From an uncultured Chloroflexia bacterium (GTDB lineage: Bacteria > Chloroflexota > Limnocylindria > Limnocylindrales > CSP1-4), in assembly GCA_963734535.1 (NCBI GenBank), contig CAVTHS010000003.1, forward strand, positions 342,401-406,400: a stretch of DNA of 64,000 bases. The letters run 5' to 3'. The first letter of the stretch is position 1, and each line of letters begins with the position of its first letter. Made by a program: the position numbers and the translations under genes. A model generated the notes under the pieces. That model ran no database searches. It saw only the letters and a program-made list of their open reading frames with translations, and was not told where the DNA came from. Shown in pieces: positions 20,738 to 31,511 of the stretch.

Positions 20738-21364
20738 GTGATCGTCCTGGGGATCGATCCCGGGACGGCGGCACTCGGCTACGGAGTCATCGATCGGACG
20801 GGCGGCCACCTGCGAGCGATCGACCACGGCGCATTCCATACCCCGTCGGACCTGACGCTCCCGGAGCGCCTGCTCGCGATCCACTCGTTCCTCCAGGACC
20901 TCATCGAGCTGCACGGACCGAAGCTCCTCGGCGTGGAGCGCATCTTCCACAGCCGCAACGTGCAGACCGCCCTTGCCGTGGGACATGCCCGCGGCGTGGT
21001 CCTGCTCGCCGCGGCCGAGCACGACATCGAGGTTCGCGAGGCCACCCCGTCGGAGGTCAAGCTCGCCGTGACCGGCTACGGCGGGGCGGACAAGGCGCAG
21101 GTCGCCACCATGGTCGCGACGATCCTCGGTCTCGCCGAGGTCCCGACCCCGGATGACGCCGCGGACGCGCTGGCAATCGCGATCTGGACCGCCCACCGCG
21201 AGCGGGCCGGCGAGCGACTCAACGCCGGCCGCCTCGATCGTGGCGCGATCGCGCCGCAGACGCCGGGCGAGAGCCCGTACGATCGCGCCGTCCGCGAGGC
21301 GATCCGCCGCGAGCGGCCGTCCCGCAGGGAATCGGACGCGACCCCGACCGAGCCAGTGCGTTGA
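20738..21364 (+). CDS. ruvC: Holliday junction resolvase
   Basis: LGIDPG..ALGYG, ARGVVLL, VKLAVTGYG.ADK.QV, DDAADALAIA. Confidence 0.96.
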   Translation: MIVLGIDPGTAALGYGVIDRTGGHLRAIDHGAFHTPSDLTLPERLLAIHSFLQDLIELHGPKLLGVERIFHSRNVQTALAVGHARGVVLLAAAEHDIEVREATPSEVKLAVTGYGGADKAQVATMVATILGLAEVPTPDDAADALAIAIWTAHRERAGERLNAGRLDRGAIAPQTPGESPYDRAVREAIRRERPSRRESDATPTEPVR

Positions 21365-21961
21365 TCGCGTCGCTCGACGGCGTGGTGGGCGCGGTCGCGG
21401 CGGATTCGCTGGTGCTCGAGGTGGGCGGCGTCGGGTATCGCGTCTTCGCCGCGCCGGGCGTCCTCGCAACGGCCGAGCCCGGGAAGCGCCTCCGCCTCCA
21501 CACCCACCATCTGGTTCGCGAGGACCTCCAGGCGCTCTACGGGTTTCGAACGCCCGAGGAGCTTGGATTCTTCGGGCTGCTCCTGACGGTGACCGGGGTG
21601 GGGCCGAAGGTCGCCCTGGGCCTGCTCGGCAGCCGGCCGGTCGCCGACCTCCAGCTCGCGATCATGGCGGAGGACCAGGGCCTCCTGACCGCGGTCCCCG
21701 GGGTCGGCAAGCGCCTGGCGGCGCGGATCGTGCTCGAGCTCCGGGAGAAGGTCTCCGCGGCCGGCGTCGCGGCCAGCGTCCCGGCCGGGACGGGAGCGGG
21801 CACCCGGTCGGCCGAGGGCGACGTGGTCGGCGCGCTCCAGGCGCTGGGCTACACGCTCGCGGAGGCGCGCGACGCCGCCCGCCACGCCCAGGCGGCCGGA
21901 CGCATCGGGCACGCTCGAGGATCGCGTGAAGGCGGCCCTCCGGTCCCTTTCCGGCGGTTGA
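21361..21961 (+). CDS. ruvA: Holliday junction branch migration protein; 1-nt frameshift near 21900
   Basis: MIASL.G, EVGGVGY, LYGF, GVGPK.AL, VPGVGKRLA; native end TLEDRVKAALRSLSGG* lies in another frame, stop at 21961. Confidence 0.93.
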
Positions 21962-21978
21962 CGCCCGCCGCGACGGTT

Positions 21979-22017
21979 CGAACATCCGTGCGAAATTGGC
22001 GACCGGCATGGTAGACT
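21979..22017 (+). promoter_or_regulatory. Putative LexA (Cheo-type) box and extended -10 upstream of ruvB
   Basis: CGAACATCCGTGCG resembles GAAC-N4-GTTC with one mismatch; TGgTAGACT lies 7 nt before the ATG. Confidence 0.5.
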
Positions 22018-22024
22018 CCGGGCG

Positions 22025-23128
22025 ATGACGGACGGCCACGGATTCCTCGCGGCGGATCTCCTCGACCAGGAGGAGATCGCGGTCGAGCGCTCCCTGCGGC
22101 CGCGGTCGCTCGACGAGTACCTGGGCCAGCGAGAGGTGAAGGCGGGCCTCTCGGTCCTGCTCCAGGCCGCGAAGCAGCGTGGCGAGGCGGCGGACCACGT
22201 CCTCCTCCACGGCCCGCCCGGGCTCGGCAAGACCACCCTCGCCACGATCATCGCCCGCGAGCTGGGCGTGAACATCCGCTACACGTCGGGGCCGGCGATC
22301 GAGCGGGCAGGGGACCTCGCCGCCGTCCTCACCGCCCTCGACGAGCGCGACGTGCTCTTCATCGACGAGATCCACCGGCTCAACCGTGCGGTGGAGGAGA
22401 TCCTCTACCCGGCCATGGAGGACTGCGCGCTCGACGTGATGATCGGCAAGGGGCCGTCCGCACGCTCGCTGCGCCTCACCCTGCGGCCGTTCACGATCGT
22501 GGGCGCGACCACGCGGGCCGGGCGGATCAGCGGGCCGCTGCGCGACCGCTTCGGGGCGGTCTACCGGCTCGACTTCTACGCGGAAGAGGACCTGCGCGCC
22601 ATCGTCCGTCGCTCCGCCGCGATCCTCGGCCTCGAGGTCACGGACGACGCCGCGGCGGCCATCGCCGCTCGCGGTCGCGCGACCCCGCGAATCGTGAACC
22701 GGCTGCTCAAGCGCGTCCGGGACCACGCGGAGGTCCACGGCGACGGCCGCGTGACCCTGGGCGCGGTCGACGAGGCGATGCGGGTCCTCGAGATCGACGC
22801 CGAAGGCCTCGACGCAACGGACCGGCGCCTGCTCGCCGCGATCATCGTGAAGTTCGGTGGCGGGCCGGTCGGCGTCGCGGCGCTCGCGGCGGTCCTCGCC
22901 GAGGAGGTCGAGACGGTCGAGGACGTCTACGAGCCGTACCTGCTCCGGATCGGCTTCCTGGACCGGACCCCGCAGGGACGCGTGGCGACGGACCGCGCGC
23001 GGGCGCACCTGGTCGCCCTCGGCTACGACGTGCCCCCGAGGAGGGCCGTGCGCGAGCCCAGCATCTGGGAGGCCGCCGCGCCGCCCGGCTCCGAACTCGG
23101 CCTCGCCATCCCCATCGATGAGGCGTGA
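22025..23128 (+). CDS. ruvB: Holliday junction DNA helicase
   Basis: [52 protein letters not shown]. Confidence 0.97.
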   Translation: MTDGHGFLAADLLDQEEIAVERSLRPRSLDEYLGQREVKAGLSVLLQAAKQRGEAADHVLLHGPPGLGKTTLATIIARELGVNIRYTSGPAIERAGDLAAVLTALDERDVLFIDEIHRLNRAVEEILYPAMEDCALDVMIGKGPSARSLRLTLRPFTIVGATTRAGRISGPLRDRFGAVYRLDFYAEEDLRAIVRRSAAILGLEVTDDAAAAIAARGRATPRIVNRLLKRVRDHAEVHGDGRVTLGAVDEAMRVLEIDAEGLDATDRRLLAAIIVKFGGGPVGVAALAAVLAEEVETVEDVYEPYLLRIGFLDRTPQGRVATDRARAHLVALGYDVPPRRAVREPSIWEAAAPPGSELGLAIPIDEA

Positions 23129-23135
23129 GCCTCGC

Positions 23136-24299
23136 GTGACGGGCGCCGCCAATTTCGAGGTCCTCGTCCCTCCGCCCGCCGACGGCTCGACCCGGGCGCG
23201 GCTGGGCCGCCTCCGCCTGCCGCACGGTGTCGTCGACACGCCCACCTTCATGCCCGTGGGCACGAACGCGACGATCAAGGCGCTCCACCCCGACGACATC
23301 GAGGAGACCGGCGCCCAGATCATCCTCGCCAACACGTACCACCTCTACCTCCGGCCCGGGCACGAGCGCATCGAGCGGCTCGGGGGCCTCCACGAGTTCA
23401 TGAGCTGGCCCCACCCGATCCTGACCGATTCCGGCGGCTTCCAGGTCGTCTCGCTCGGCGATCTCAACGCGATCGACGACGACGGCGTCACGTTCCAGAG
23501 CCATCACGACGGGTCGCGCCACCGGTTCACCGCGGAGCGCTCGATGGAGATCCAGGCGGCGCTGGGGGCGGACGTGGCGGTCGCCTTCGACCAGCCCGTC
23601 CCGCCCTCGTCGACCGATCTGCGCGACGTGGCGATCGCGACGGAGCGCACTCACCGCTGGGCGGTCCGGTCGCTGGAGGCGCACCACCGTCCGGACCAGG
23701 CCCTCTTCGGGGTGATCCAGGGCGGCCTGGACCCGGCTCTCCGACGGCATTCGACCTCGTTCATCGCGGGGCTCCCGTTCGACGGCCTCAACATCGGGGG
23801 CCTCGCCGGCGACGAGACCCCGGCAGAGCGCGAGGCGGTCCTGGACCTCGTGGTCGCGGCGCTCGACGAGGACCCGCGCGTCCGCTACCTCATGGGTCTC
23901 GGCTCGCCGGCGGACCTGCTGGAGGCCGTTCATCGCGGGGTCGATCTCTTCGACTCCGTCCTGCCGGCACGGGTTGCCCGAAACGGCCAGCTCTGGGTCC
24001 CCGGCGGCCGGCTCAACATCCGCAACGAGCGCTTCCGGGACGACCCGGGGCCGGTCCAGGAGGGCTGCCGGTGCCTCCTCTGCCGGCGCTTCAGCCGCGC
24101 ATACCTGGCCCACCTGTTCCGGGCCGACGAGCTGCTTGCGTACCGGCTCGCGACTTGTCACAACCTGACCTTCACCCTAGACTTCATGGCGGGGATCCGG
24201 GCAGCCCTGGGCACCGGAAACCTCCCTGAACGCCTTCCGGAGCTGCGCCGGCACGCTCGCCGGCGAAGCCACGATGCAACCGCGGTGCAGCTCGCGTGA
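23136..24299 (+). CDS. tgt: tRNA-guanine transglycosylase
   Basis: TPTFMPVGT, ILANTYHL, LTDSGGFQV, YLMG.G, Zn site CRCLLC...H. Confidence 0.95.
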   Translation: MTGAANFEVLVPPPADGSTRARLGRLRLPHGVVDTPTFMPVGTNATIKALHPDDIEETGAQIILANTYHLYLRPGHERIERLGGLHEFMSWPHPILTDSGGFQVVSLGDLNAIDDDGVTFQSHHDGSRHRFTAERSMEIQAALGADVAVAFDQPVPPSSTDLRDVAIATERTHRWAVRSLEAHHRPDQALFGVIQGGLDPALRRHSTSFIAGLPFDGLNIGGLAGDETPAEREAVLDLVVAALDEDPRVRYLMGLGSPADLLEAVHRGVDLFDSVLPARVARNGQLWVPGGRLNIRNERFRDDPGPVQEGCRCLLCRRFSRAYLAHLFRADELLAYRLATCHNLTFTLDFMAGIRAALGTGNLPERLPELRRHARRRSHDATAVQLA

Positions 24300-24341
24300 A
24301 GGCCATTTCGGTACCCTCGAGTTCCGCGGAGGCGTTCGACG

Positions 24342-24503
24342 ATGGGTTCGCGAGACCGTCCCCACCGCGAGGTGAAGAAGAAGTCAAAGGCCCCGGAGGC
24401 GAAGCCGAGTCTCCAGCCATTCCTCGAAGTCCCGCAGAGCGTCGAGCTCATCAAGCCGAAGCGCAAGCCGCGCACCGTGGTCGAGGAAGAACCGGAGGGC
24501 TGA
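24342..24503 (+). CDS. Small Lys/Glu-rich hypothetical protein (53 aa), missed by the ORF track
   Basis: GGAGG RBS; [53 protein letters not shown]; fills the tgt-recA gap. Confidence 0.7.
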   Translation: MGSRDRPHREVKKKSKAPEAKPSLQPFLEVPQSVELIKPKRKPRTVVEEEPEG

Positions 24504-24570
24504 GCATTCCGGGCGGGCGCGTCATCGTCCGCTCCGTCGGGGCCACAGAACCAGACAGGAGCAGGACGAG

Positions 24571-25620
24571 ATGGCGATGACGGAGCGGAACGGGGCATCG
24601 GGCGCGGAGCGCACCAAGGCGGTCGAGGCGGCGATCCTCGCCATCGAGAAGCAGTTCGGGCGGGGCTCGATCATGAAGCTCGGCTCTGCCGAGCGACAGC
24701 AGGTCGACTTCATCCCGACGGGCTCGATCGCCCTCGACCTTGCGCTCGGCGTCGGGGGGATTCCCCGCGGCCGGGTCACCGAGGTGTTCGGCCCGGAGTC
24801 GTCCGGCAAGACCACGCTCTGCCAGCACGTCATCGCGGAGGCGCAGCGGCGCGGCGGCGTGGCTGCCTTCATCGACGTGGAGCACGCCCTCGACCCGGGC
24901 TACGCGCGCGCCTGCGGCGTCAACGTCGATGAGCTCCTGGTGAGCCAGCCGGACACGGGCGAGCAGGCGCTCGAGATCACCGAGACGCTCATCCGCTCGG
25001 GCGGGATCGACATCGTCGTGGTCGACTCCGTCGCGGCCCTCGTCCCGCGGGCCGAGATCGAAGGCGAGATGGGCGACAGCTTCGTCGGCATCCAGGCCCG
25101 CCTCATGAGCCAGGCCCTCCGGAAGCTCGCCGGGGCCGTGAGCCGCTCCAACACGTCGCTCGTCTTCACGAACCAGCTCCGGGAGAAGATCGGGGTCATG
25201 TTCGGCAACCCCGAGGTCACGCCGGGCGGTCGCGCGCTCAAGTTCTATGCCACCGTGCGGCTCGACATCCGGCGCGTGGAGACGATCAAGAACGGGACCG
25301 AATTGATCGGCAACCGGGTCCGCGTCAAGGTGGTCAAGAACAAGGTCGCGCCGCCCTTCCGCGTGGCCGAGTTCGACATCATGTACGGCGAAGGGATCAG
25401 CCGCGAGGGCGGGCTCCTCGACGTCGGGGTGGCGATGGACGTCGTGACGAAGACGGGCGCCTGGTTCACCTACGGCGAGACGCGGCTCGGCCAGGGCCGG
25501 GAGGCGGCCAAGGGGTTCCTGCGCGACAACGCCGCCGTCGGCGCCGACATCGAGACGAAGATCCGGGCGAGCATGGCGACGACGGCGATCCCGGTCGAGG
25601 GGATCTCCGAGGCCGAGTAG
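24571..25620 (+). CDS. recA: Recombinase A
   Basis: [44 protein letters not shown]. Confidence 0.99.
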   Translation: MAMTERNGASGAERTKAVEAAILAIEKQFGRGSIMKLGSAERQQVDFIPTGSIALDLALGVGGIPRGRVTEVFGPESSGKTTLCQHVIAEAQRRGGVAAFIDVEHALDPGYARACGVNVDELLVSQPDTGEQALEITETLIRSGGIDIVVVDSVAALVPRAEIEGEMGDSFVGIQARLMSQALRKLAGAVSRSNTSLVFTNQLREKIGVMFGNPEVTPGGRALKFYATVRLDIRRVETIKNGTELIGNRVRVKVVKNKVAPPFRVAEFDIMYGEGISREGGLLDVGVAMDVVTKTGAWFTYGETRLGQGREAAKGFLRDNAAVGADIETKIRASMATTAIPVEGISEAE

Positions 25621-25654
25621 CCGCCCGGAGGGACGGGACCAGGCTCGAGCCGGC

Positions 25655-26290
25655 ATGCCGCGCTCGTCGCGGGAGTCGCTCGCGGAGCGACGGGCGCGGC
25701 GCGCGGCCGTCGACGACCCGGACCATGTGCTCGCAGCTGGTGCACGCTTCCTCGAGGCGCGCCCGCGGTCCACGGACGAGGTCCGGCGACGGCTCCGGGA
25801 CGCGGGCTACCGGGCGGACCTGGTCGAGGGCGCCATCGACCGGTTGACCGCGCTCGGCTTCCTCGACGACGCGGCGTTCGCGCGGTCATGGGTGGAGTCG
25901 CGCGACCGGGCGCGCCCGCGCGGGGCACGCGCGCTCCGCGCCGAGCTGCGCCGGATGGGCATCGACGCGCCCGACGCCGAGGCCGCGCTCGCCGCGCGGG
26001 AGGCGCTCGCGACCGGCGACGATCCCGACGATCCGCGACGCGGGCCCGGGGCGGGGGAGCGGGCGGCGTCCGACGCCTCGGACGAGGCGGCTGCGGCCCG
26101 GCTTCTCGTTCGGAAGCGAGCCGGCCTGCTCCGCGAACCCGACCCCCGGAAGCGCCGGGCGCGCGCGTACGCGCTGCTCGCCCGGGCCGGGTTCGACCCG
26201 GGGACGGCCGGGCGTGCCGCGGCGGCGTGGCTGGCGACGCTCGGGTCGACGCTCGCCGACGAGGATGCGGAGCCCGATTCGGAACAGTAA
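25655..26290 (+). CDS. recX: Regulatory protein RecX
   Basis: RPRS..EVR.RL, LGFLDD..FA..WV, L.AEL.R.G, LL.RAGF; follows recA. Confidence 0.88.
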   Translation: MPRSSRESLAERRARRAAVDDPDHVLAAGARFLEARPRSTDEVRRRLRDAGYRADLVEGAIDRLTALGFLDDAAFARSWVESRDRARPRGARALRAELRRMGIDAPDAEAALAAREALATGDDPDDPRRGPGAGERAASDASDEAAAARLLVRKRAGLLREPDPRKRRARAYALLARAGFDPGTAGRAAAAWLATLGSTLADEDAEPDSEQ

Positions 26291-26519
26291 CCGGGCACGT
26301 TTGACCCTCCCGCCCGCCGGCCGTAGGCTACGCGCACCAAAGGACGGCGCCGCGGATGCGGCGCCGGTTGCCCCGCATCGAACCCATCCATCCCGGCGAG
26401 CCCACGCCGGCGCCCGACCCAGGCAGCACTCGAGAGTCATCGGGTCGGTCCGACGGATCGCCGTTCCCGCACAATCACTCGCCGGCCGCTCGCGCGGCCG
26501 GTCGGGAGGCGAGAGCATC

Positions 26520-28052
26520 ATGGAGAACCCCGTCGTTGCGGCGGTGGCCCTTGTCGTGGCCATCGTCGGCGGCCTCGTTGTCGGATTCGTCGCGCGCGGC
26601 CTCGTCGCCGCCCAATCCGTCCGCGGCGCCCAGGAGAAGGCCGGCCGGATCCTGGCCGAGGCCCGGACCCAGCAGAAAGACCTGATCCTCGAGGCCAAGG
26701 ACGAGAAGCTCCGGTTCCAGCGCGAGGCGGAGGACGAGGCGCGCGCCAAGCGCGCCGAGCTCAGCGGCCTGGAGCGCCGTCTCCTGACCCGCGACGAGCA
26801 GCTGGACCAGCGGACGGACATGCTCGAGCAGCGCGATCGGAAGCTGCTGGAGAAGGAGCGCGACCTCGACCACCTGCGCGACGAGCTCGCCTCCTCGCGG
26901 GCGGAGCAGATTGCCGCGCTCGAGCGGGTCAGCGGGATGACCGCCGAGGATGCCAAGGCGGTGATCCTCGACGCGGTGCGCGCCGAAGCCGAGAACGATG
27001 CCGTCCGGCTCTCCCGCTCCATCGAGCGCAAGGCTCGCGACGAGGCCCAGGACCGGGCCCGCGAGGTGATCGTCACGGCCATCCAGCGCGTCGCGGCAGA
27101 CCACACGGCGGAGCACACGGTCTCCGTGGTGCACCTGCCGTCCGACGAGATGAAGGGCCGGATCATCGGCCGCGAGGGACGCAACATCCGGGCGCTCGAA
27201 CAGGCCACGGGCATCGACCTGATCATCGACGACACGCCCGAGACCGTGATCCTCTCGGGCTTCGATCCGGTCCGCCGCGAGGTCGCCCGGATCGCGCTCA
27301 CGAAGCTGATGGCCGACGGCCGGATCCATCCGGGCCGGATCGAGGAGGTCGTGGCAAAGGCGCGTGCCGAGGTGGACCTCGTGATCCGCCAGGCCGGCGA
27401 CGCGGCCGCCTACGACGCCGGCGTGCCGGGCCTGCCCTCCGAGATCACGCGCCTCCTGGGCCGGCTGAAATACCGCACGAGCTACGGGCAGAACGTGCTC
27501 AACCACGTCATCGAGACCAGCCGCCTCGCCGCCGTCATCGCCGCGGAGCTCGGCGCGGACGTGCTGGCCGCCAAGACGGGCGGCCTCCTCCACGACATGG
27601 GGAAGGCGGTGGACCACGAGGTGGAGGGCCCGCACGCGGCGATCGGGGCCGCCATCGCCGCGCGCCACAACCTCTCGTTCAAGATCGTGAACGGGATCGC
27701 GGCGCACCACCAGGAGGTCGAGTACGCCTGCGTGGAGGCGCCAATCGTGCAGGTCGCCGATGCCATCAGCGCGTCGCGTCCGGGCGCGCGGGGCGAGTCC
27801 GTGGAGCTCTACCTCAAGCGGCTCGAGGACCTCCAGGCAATCGCCGGGAGCTTCGCGGGCGTGGACCGGTCGTTCGCCGTCCAGGCCGGTCGCGAGGTGA
27901 GGATCCTCGTCCGGCCCGAGGAGATCGACGACGTGTCGGCGTCGCGGCTTGCCCGCGACATCGTCAAGAAGATCGAGGATTCGCTGACCTACCCGGGCCA
28001 GATCAAGGTGACCGTCATCCGCGAGACGCGCTCCGTCGAGTACGCGAAATAG
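26520..28052 (+). CDS. rny: Ribonuclease Y
   Basis: N-terminal TM, coiled coil, KH (MKGRIIGREGRNIR), HD (LLHDMGK), ADAISASRPGAR. Confidence 0.97.
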   Translation: MENPVVAAVALVVAIVGGLVVGFVARGLVAAQSVRGAQEKAGRILAEARTQQKDLILEAKDEKLRFQREAEDEARAKRAELSGLERRLLTRDEQLDQRTDMLEQRDRKLLEKERDLDHLRDELASSRAEQIAALERVSGMTAEDAKAVILDAVRAEAENDAVRLSRSIERKARDEAQDRAREVIVTAIQRVAADHTAEHTVSVVHLPSDEMKGRIIGREGRNIRALEQATGIDLIIDDTPETVILSGFDPVRREVARIALTKLMADGRIHPGRIEEVVAKARAEVDLVIRQAGDAAAYDAGVPGLPSEITRLLGRLKYRTSYGQNVLNHVIETSRLAAVIAAELGADVLAAKTGGLLHDMGKAVDHEVEGPHAAIGAAIAARHNLSFKIVNGIAAHHQEVEYACVEAPIVQVADAISASRPGARGESVELYLKRLEDLQAIAGSFAGVDRSFAVQAGREVRILVRPEEIDDVSASRLARDIVKKIEDSLTYPGQIKVTVIRETRSVEYAK

Positions 28053-28054
28053 CG

Positions 28055-28876
28055 GTGGCCGATTCGCGGGCGGCGCGCCCCTGCCGGATCCTCATGCTCG
28101 GCGACGTGATCGGCCGCCCGGGCCGCGAGGCCGTCGAGCGCGAGCTGCCCGGCCTGCGCGACGTGCACGGGGTGGACTTCGTCACGGCCAACGGGGAGAA
28201 CCTCGCCGGCGGGATGGGCCTCACCACGTCGACGGCCGAGGCGCTCTACCGGGCCGGCGTCGACGTGATCACGTCGGGCAATCACATCTGGGACAAGAAG
28301 GAGATCCTGCCCGCCCTCGAGAAGGACGAGCGGATCCTGCGGCCCCACAACTACGGGACCGACGGCGTGCCGGGCCGCGGCTGGGGCGCGTACGTGGCGG
28401 CCGACGGGACGGACGTCGCCGTCCTCAACTTCCAGGGCCGCACCTACATGATCCCGATCGAGAACCCCTTCACCGACGCGGACCACCTGCTCGACGAGGG
28501 CGCCGACGCCCTGCCGCCCGTCCGACTCGTCGACTTCCACTGCGAGGTGACGAGCGAGAAGAACGCCTTCGGGCTGCACCTCGACGGGCGGGTCAGCGCC
28601 GTCGTCGGGACCCACACCCACGTCCCGACCGCGGACGAGCGCATCCTGCCGCGCGGGACGGCATACCAGAGCGACCTGGGGATGACGGGCCCCCTGCACA
28701 GCGTGATCGGCTTCGCGCCGGCCACCGTCCTGCCCCGCTTCATCAACGGCCTGCCGACGCGCTTCGAGGTCGGGACCTGGCCGGTGGTCCTCAACGGCCT
28801 CCTCATCGACGTGGACCCGGCCACCGGCCGCGCCCTCAGCGTCGAACGCCTCCGGCGGATCGTCGAGGCGGCCTGA
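28055..28876 (+). CDS. ymdB: YmdB-family metallophosphoesterase
   Basis: GDVIG.PGR, ANGEN.AGG, TSGNH, VDFHCE.TSEK, GTHTHV; follows rny. Confidence 0.93.
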   Translation: MADSRAARPCRILMLGDVIGRPGREAVERELPGLRDVHGVDFVTANGENLAGGMGLTTSTAEALYRAGVDVITSGNHIWDKKEILPALEKDERILRPHNYGTDGVPGRGWGAYVAADGTDVAVLNFQGRTYMIPIENPFTDADHLLDEGADALPPVRLVDFHCEVTSEKNAFGLHLDGRVSAVVGTHTHVPTADERILPRGTAYQSDLGMTGPLHSVIGFAPATVLPRFINGLPTRFEVGTWPVVLNGLLIDVDPATGRALSVERLRRIVEAA

Positions 28877-29791
28877 TGGGTCGCGGGCGCCGCGCGCCGC
28901 TCGTCGGGCGACTCGTCCCGCCCGAGCCCACGTCCGTGGACCTGCACACGCACACGAGCCGATCGGACGGGCTCCTGCGGCCCGGCGCGCTCGTGGCGGA
29001 CGCGGCGGCCGCCGGCATCCGGACCCTGGCCATCACGGACCACGACACGCTCGCCGGCTATCGCGACGTGGTCGCGCCCGGGGGACCGCCCCTGCCGGCC
29101 GGCCTCACGCTTCTTGCGGGCGTGGAGATCAACGCCGTCGGCGGGGGATTCGACGTGCCCGACGGCGAGCTCCACCTCGTGGGCCTCGGCGTCGACCCGG
29201 ACGACGAGTCGTTCGAGGCGGCCCTCGCCGAGCAGCGCGATGCTCGCCGGCGACGCTTCGAGCGGATGTCGGCACGTCTTCGCGCCGCCGGGCTCGGCGT
29301 TGATGCGCAGCTGGCCGGCCTGGACATCGCGCACGACGACGCGCTGGGCCGCCCGACCCTCGCCCGCGCCCTCGTGGCGGCCGGCTTCGCCGTCAGCGTC
29401 CAGGACGCGTTCACGCGGTTCGTCGGCCGGGGCGGGCCCGGCTACGTCCCCCGCGAGGGGCTCGGGCCGCTCGAGGCGATCCGTGCGATCCGGGGCGCCG
29501 GCGGGATCCCGGTGCTCGCCCACTTCTCCGCGGCCCCGTCCCGCCGGGTCCTCCTGCAGGAGCTCATGGACGCCGGCCTCCGCGGCCTCGAGGTGCACCA
29601 TCGAAGCTTCGACGCCGAGACCGTGAGCGCGGTCGGAGCCGTCGCCCGGGACCTCGGCCTGCTGGCGTCGGGCGGCACGGACTACCACGGCGACGACGAG
29701 CCGTATGCCGAGGCGATCGCCGAAACGTGGGTGCCGGCCGCCATCGCCGGGCGGCATCCTGGCGGCGCTCGAGGTGGGGGCAGTCGCATGA
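28876..29791 (+). CDS. PHP-domain metal-dependent phosphoesterase (YciV/TrpH-like)
   Basis: DLHTHT..SDG, AITDHDT, GVEI, VLAH, SGGTDYHG; apparent fusion to miaB is explained by one extra base near 29750. Confidence 0.88.
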
Positions 29792-31509
29792 CGACCCGGA
29801 GCCTGCCGGTGATCGAGCTCGTCCTTCCCGCGGCCTCGCCCGCGGGACCGCGTCCCGCCGCGGCGGCCGACGCGCGCGTCGCCGAGTTCCGCCCCGAGGA
29901 CCAGTCGCTGCCGCGCTTCTGGGTCTGGACCCTGGGCTGCCAGATGAACCGGAGCGACTCGGAGGAGATGGCCGGACGGCTCCTGGCCGCGGGCTGCGCC
30001 GAGGCTCCCGGGATGGAGGCGGCCGACCTGGTCGTCATCAACACGTGCGCGATCCGGGAGGCAGCCGAGGCGAAGGTGATCGGCCGGCAGGGCGCGCTCG
30101 CCGCCCTCAAGGAGGCGAACCCGGCCCTCCGCGTTGTGCTGACCGGCTGCGCCGTGCGGGAGCGGGACCGGGCCGGGCTCCGGCGCCGGTTCCCCGCGGT
30201 CGACCTCTTCCTCCGCCCCGACGAGGAGCCGGAGCTCGTCGAGCGGCTGGGTCTCGCGTCCGCCCAGGGTGCCGTCGGCCTCGCCGGGGCGGCCGGATCG
30301 CCGCCGCCGGGTATCGTCGCCGCGCCGCCGGGCATCGTCGCCGCGCCCCCGCGCACGGCGGCGACCACCATTGTCAAGGGCGTCGCCGTCTCCGCGGCCG
30401 ATCACCTCGCGGGTTCCCGCGCCGACGCCGTCGCGTCGGGCGCCGTCCGGCGCGAGTCGGCGGTCGCCGCCTGGCTCCCGATCATCTACGGCTGCGACAA
30501 GACCTGCACCTACTGCATCGTCCCGTTCAGCCGCGGCCCGGAACGGAGCCGGCCGTTCGACGCCGTGGTGGACGAGGCGCGGGCGCTGGCCGCAGCCGGC
30601 TACCGCGAGATCACGCTCCTGGGCCAGAACGTCAACAGCTACGGCCACGACCTGCCGGCCGAGGCGCGCTTCGCCCACGTCGCCGAGGCGCGCCGCGCGG
30701 GGCGGCAGATCGACCGCGCCTCGCGGCCCGACCTCGCCGAGCTGATCCGGGCGATCGACGCGCTGCGCAACCCCGACGGCAGCCAGGCCGTCCCGCGCCT
30801 CCGCTTCGTCACCTCGCACCCGTGGGACCTCTCGGACCGGCTCGTCGACGCGATGGCCGGGGCGCCCGCCGTCTGCGCGGCGCTCCACCTGCCCGTCCAG
30901 TCCGGCGACGACGAGGTCCTCCACCGGATGGGCCGCCAGTACACGATCGAGCACTACCAGGAACGGCTCGGGCGCATCCGCGACGCGATCCCCGGCATCG
31001 CCGTCAGCACGGACGTGATCGTCGGCTTCTGCGGCGAGACCGAGGCCCAGTTCGGCGCGACGCTCCGCCTGCTCGAGTCGATCAGATACGAGCAGGTGTT
31101 CGCGGCCGCCTACTCGCCGCGCCCGGGGACCCCGGCGATGCGGCTCGCCGACGACGTCCCGGCCGCGGTGAAGCGGGAGCGGCTGAACCGGCTGCTCGCG
31201 GTCCAGGAGGAGATCGGGTTCGCCCGGAACCGGGAGCGCCTGGGGACCATCGCGTCCGTCCTCGTCGACACGCTGGAGCGGCCACGCGGGCACGACCATG
31301 ACGACGAGGGCGCGGAGCCGCCCGCCGCGACCCTTGCCGGTCGCGACCCGTTCGCCGCGCCGCTGCCGGACGGCTGGGTCCGCCTGGCCGGCCGCTCCCG
31401 GGAGAACCGGCTGGTCCACCTCGCCGGGCCCGCGGAGCTCGTCGGGAGGATCGTGGACGTGCGCATCGAGGCCGCCGGCCCGTACAGCCTGCGGGGAAGC
31501 CTCGCCTGA
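29788..31509 (+). CDS. miaB: tRNA methylthiotransferase (radical SAM)
   Basis: TLGCQMN..DSE, NTCAIRE.AE, CDKTCTYC, LLGQNVNSYG, HLPVQSG, TRAM-like C-terminus; next to miaA. Confidence 0.94.
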   Translation: MTTRSLPVIELVLPAASPAGPRPAAAADARVAEFRPEDQSLPRFWVWTLGCQMNRSDSEEMAGRLLAAGCAEAPGMEAADLVVINTCAIREAAEAKVIGRQGALAALKEANPALRVVLTGCAVRERDRAGLRRRFPAVDLFLRPDEEPELVERLGLASAQGAVGLAGAAGSPPPGIVAAPPGIVAAPPRTAATTIVKGVAVSAADHLAGSRADAVASGAVRRESAVAAWLPIIYGCDKTCTYCIVPFSRGPERSRPFDAVVDEARALAAAGYREITLLGQNVNSYGHDLPAEARFAHVAEARRAGRQIDRASRPDLAELIRAIDALRNPDGSQAVPRLRFVTSHPWDLSDRLVDAMAGAPAVCAALHLPVQSGDDEVLHRMGRQYTIEHYQERLGRIRDAIPGIAVSTDVIVGFCGETEAQFGATLRLLESIRYEQVFAAAYSPRPGTPAMRLADDVPAAVKRERLNRLLAVQEEIGFARNRERLGTIASVLVDTLERPRGHDHDDEGAEPPAATLAGRDPFAAPLPDGWVRLAGRSRENRLVHLAGPAELVGRIVDVRIEAAGPYSLRGSLA

Positions 31510-31511
31510 CG

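Noticed and set aside
21900-22014. Novel C-terminal extension of RuvA
   Set aside because: A canonical-looking end exists in the adjacent frame, and the extension runs over the putative ruvB promoter.
28876-31509. Apparent 877-aa PHP-MiaB fusion
   Set aside because: Removing one G near 29750 gives the PHP end IAGGILAALEVGAVA* with an ATGA overlap onto the miaB start; most likely an indel error.
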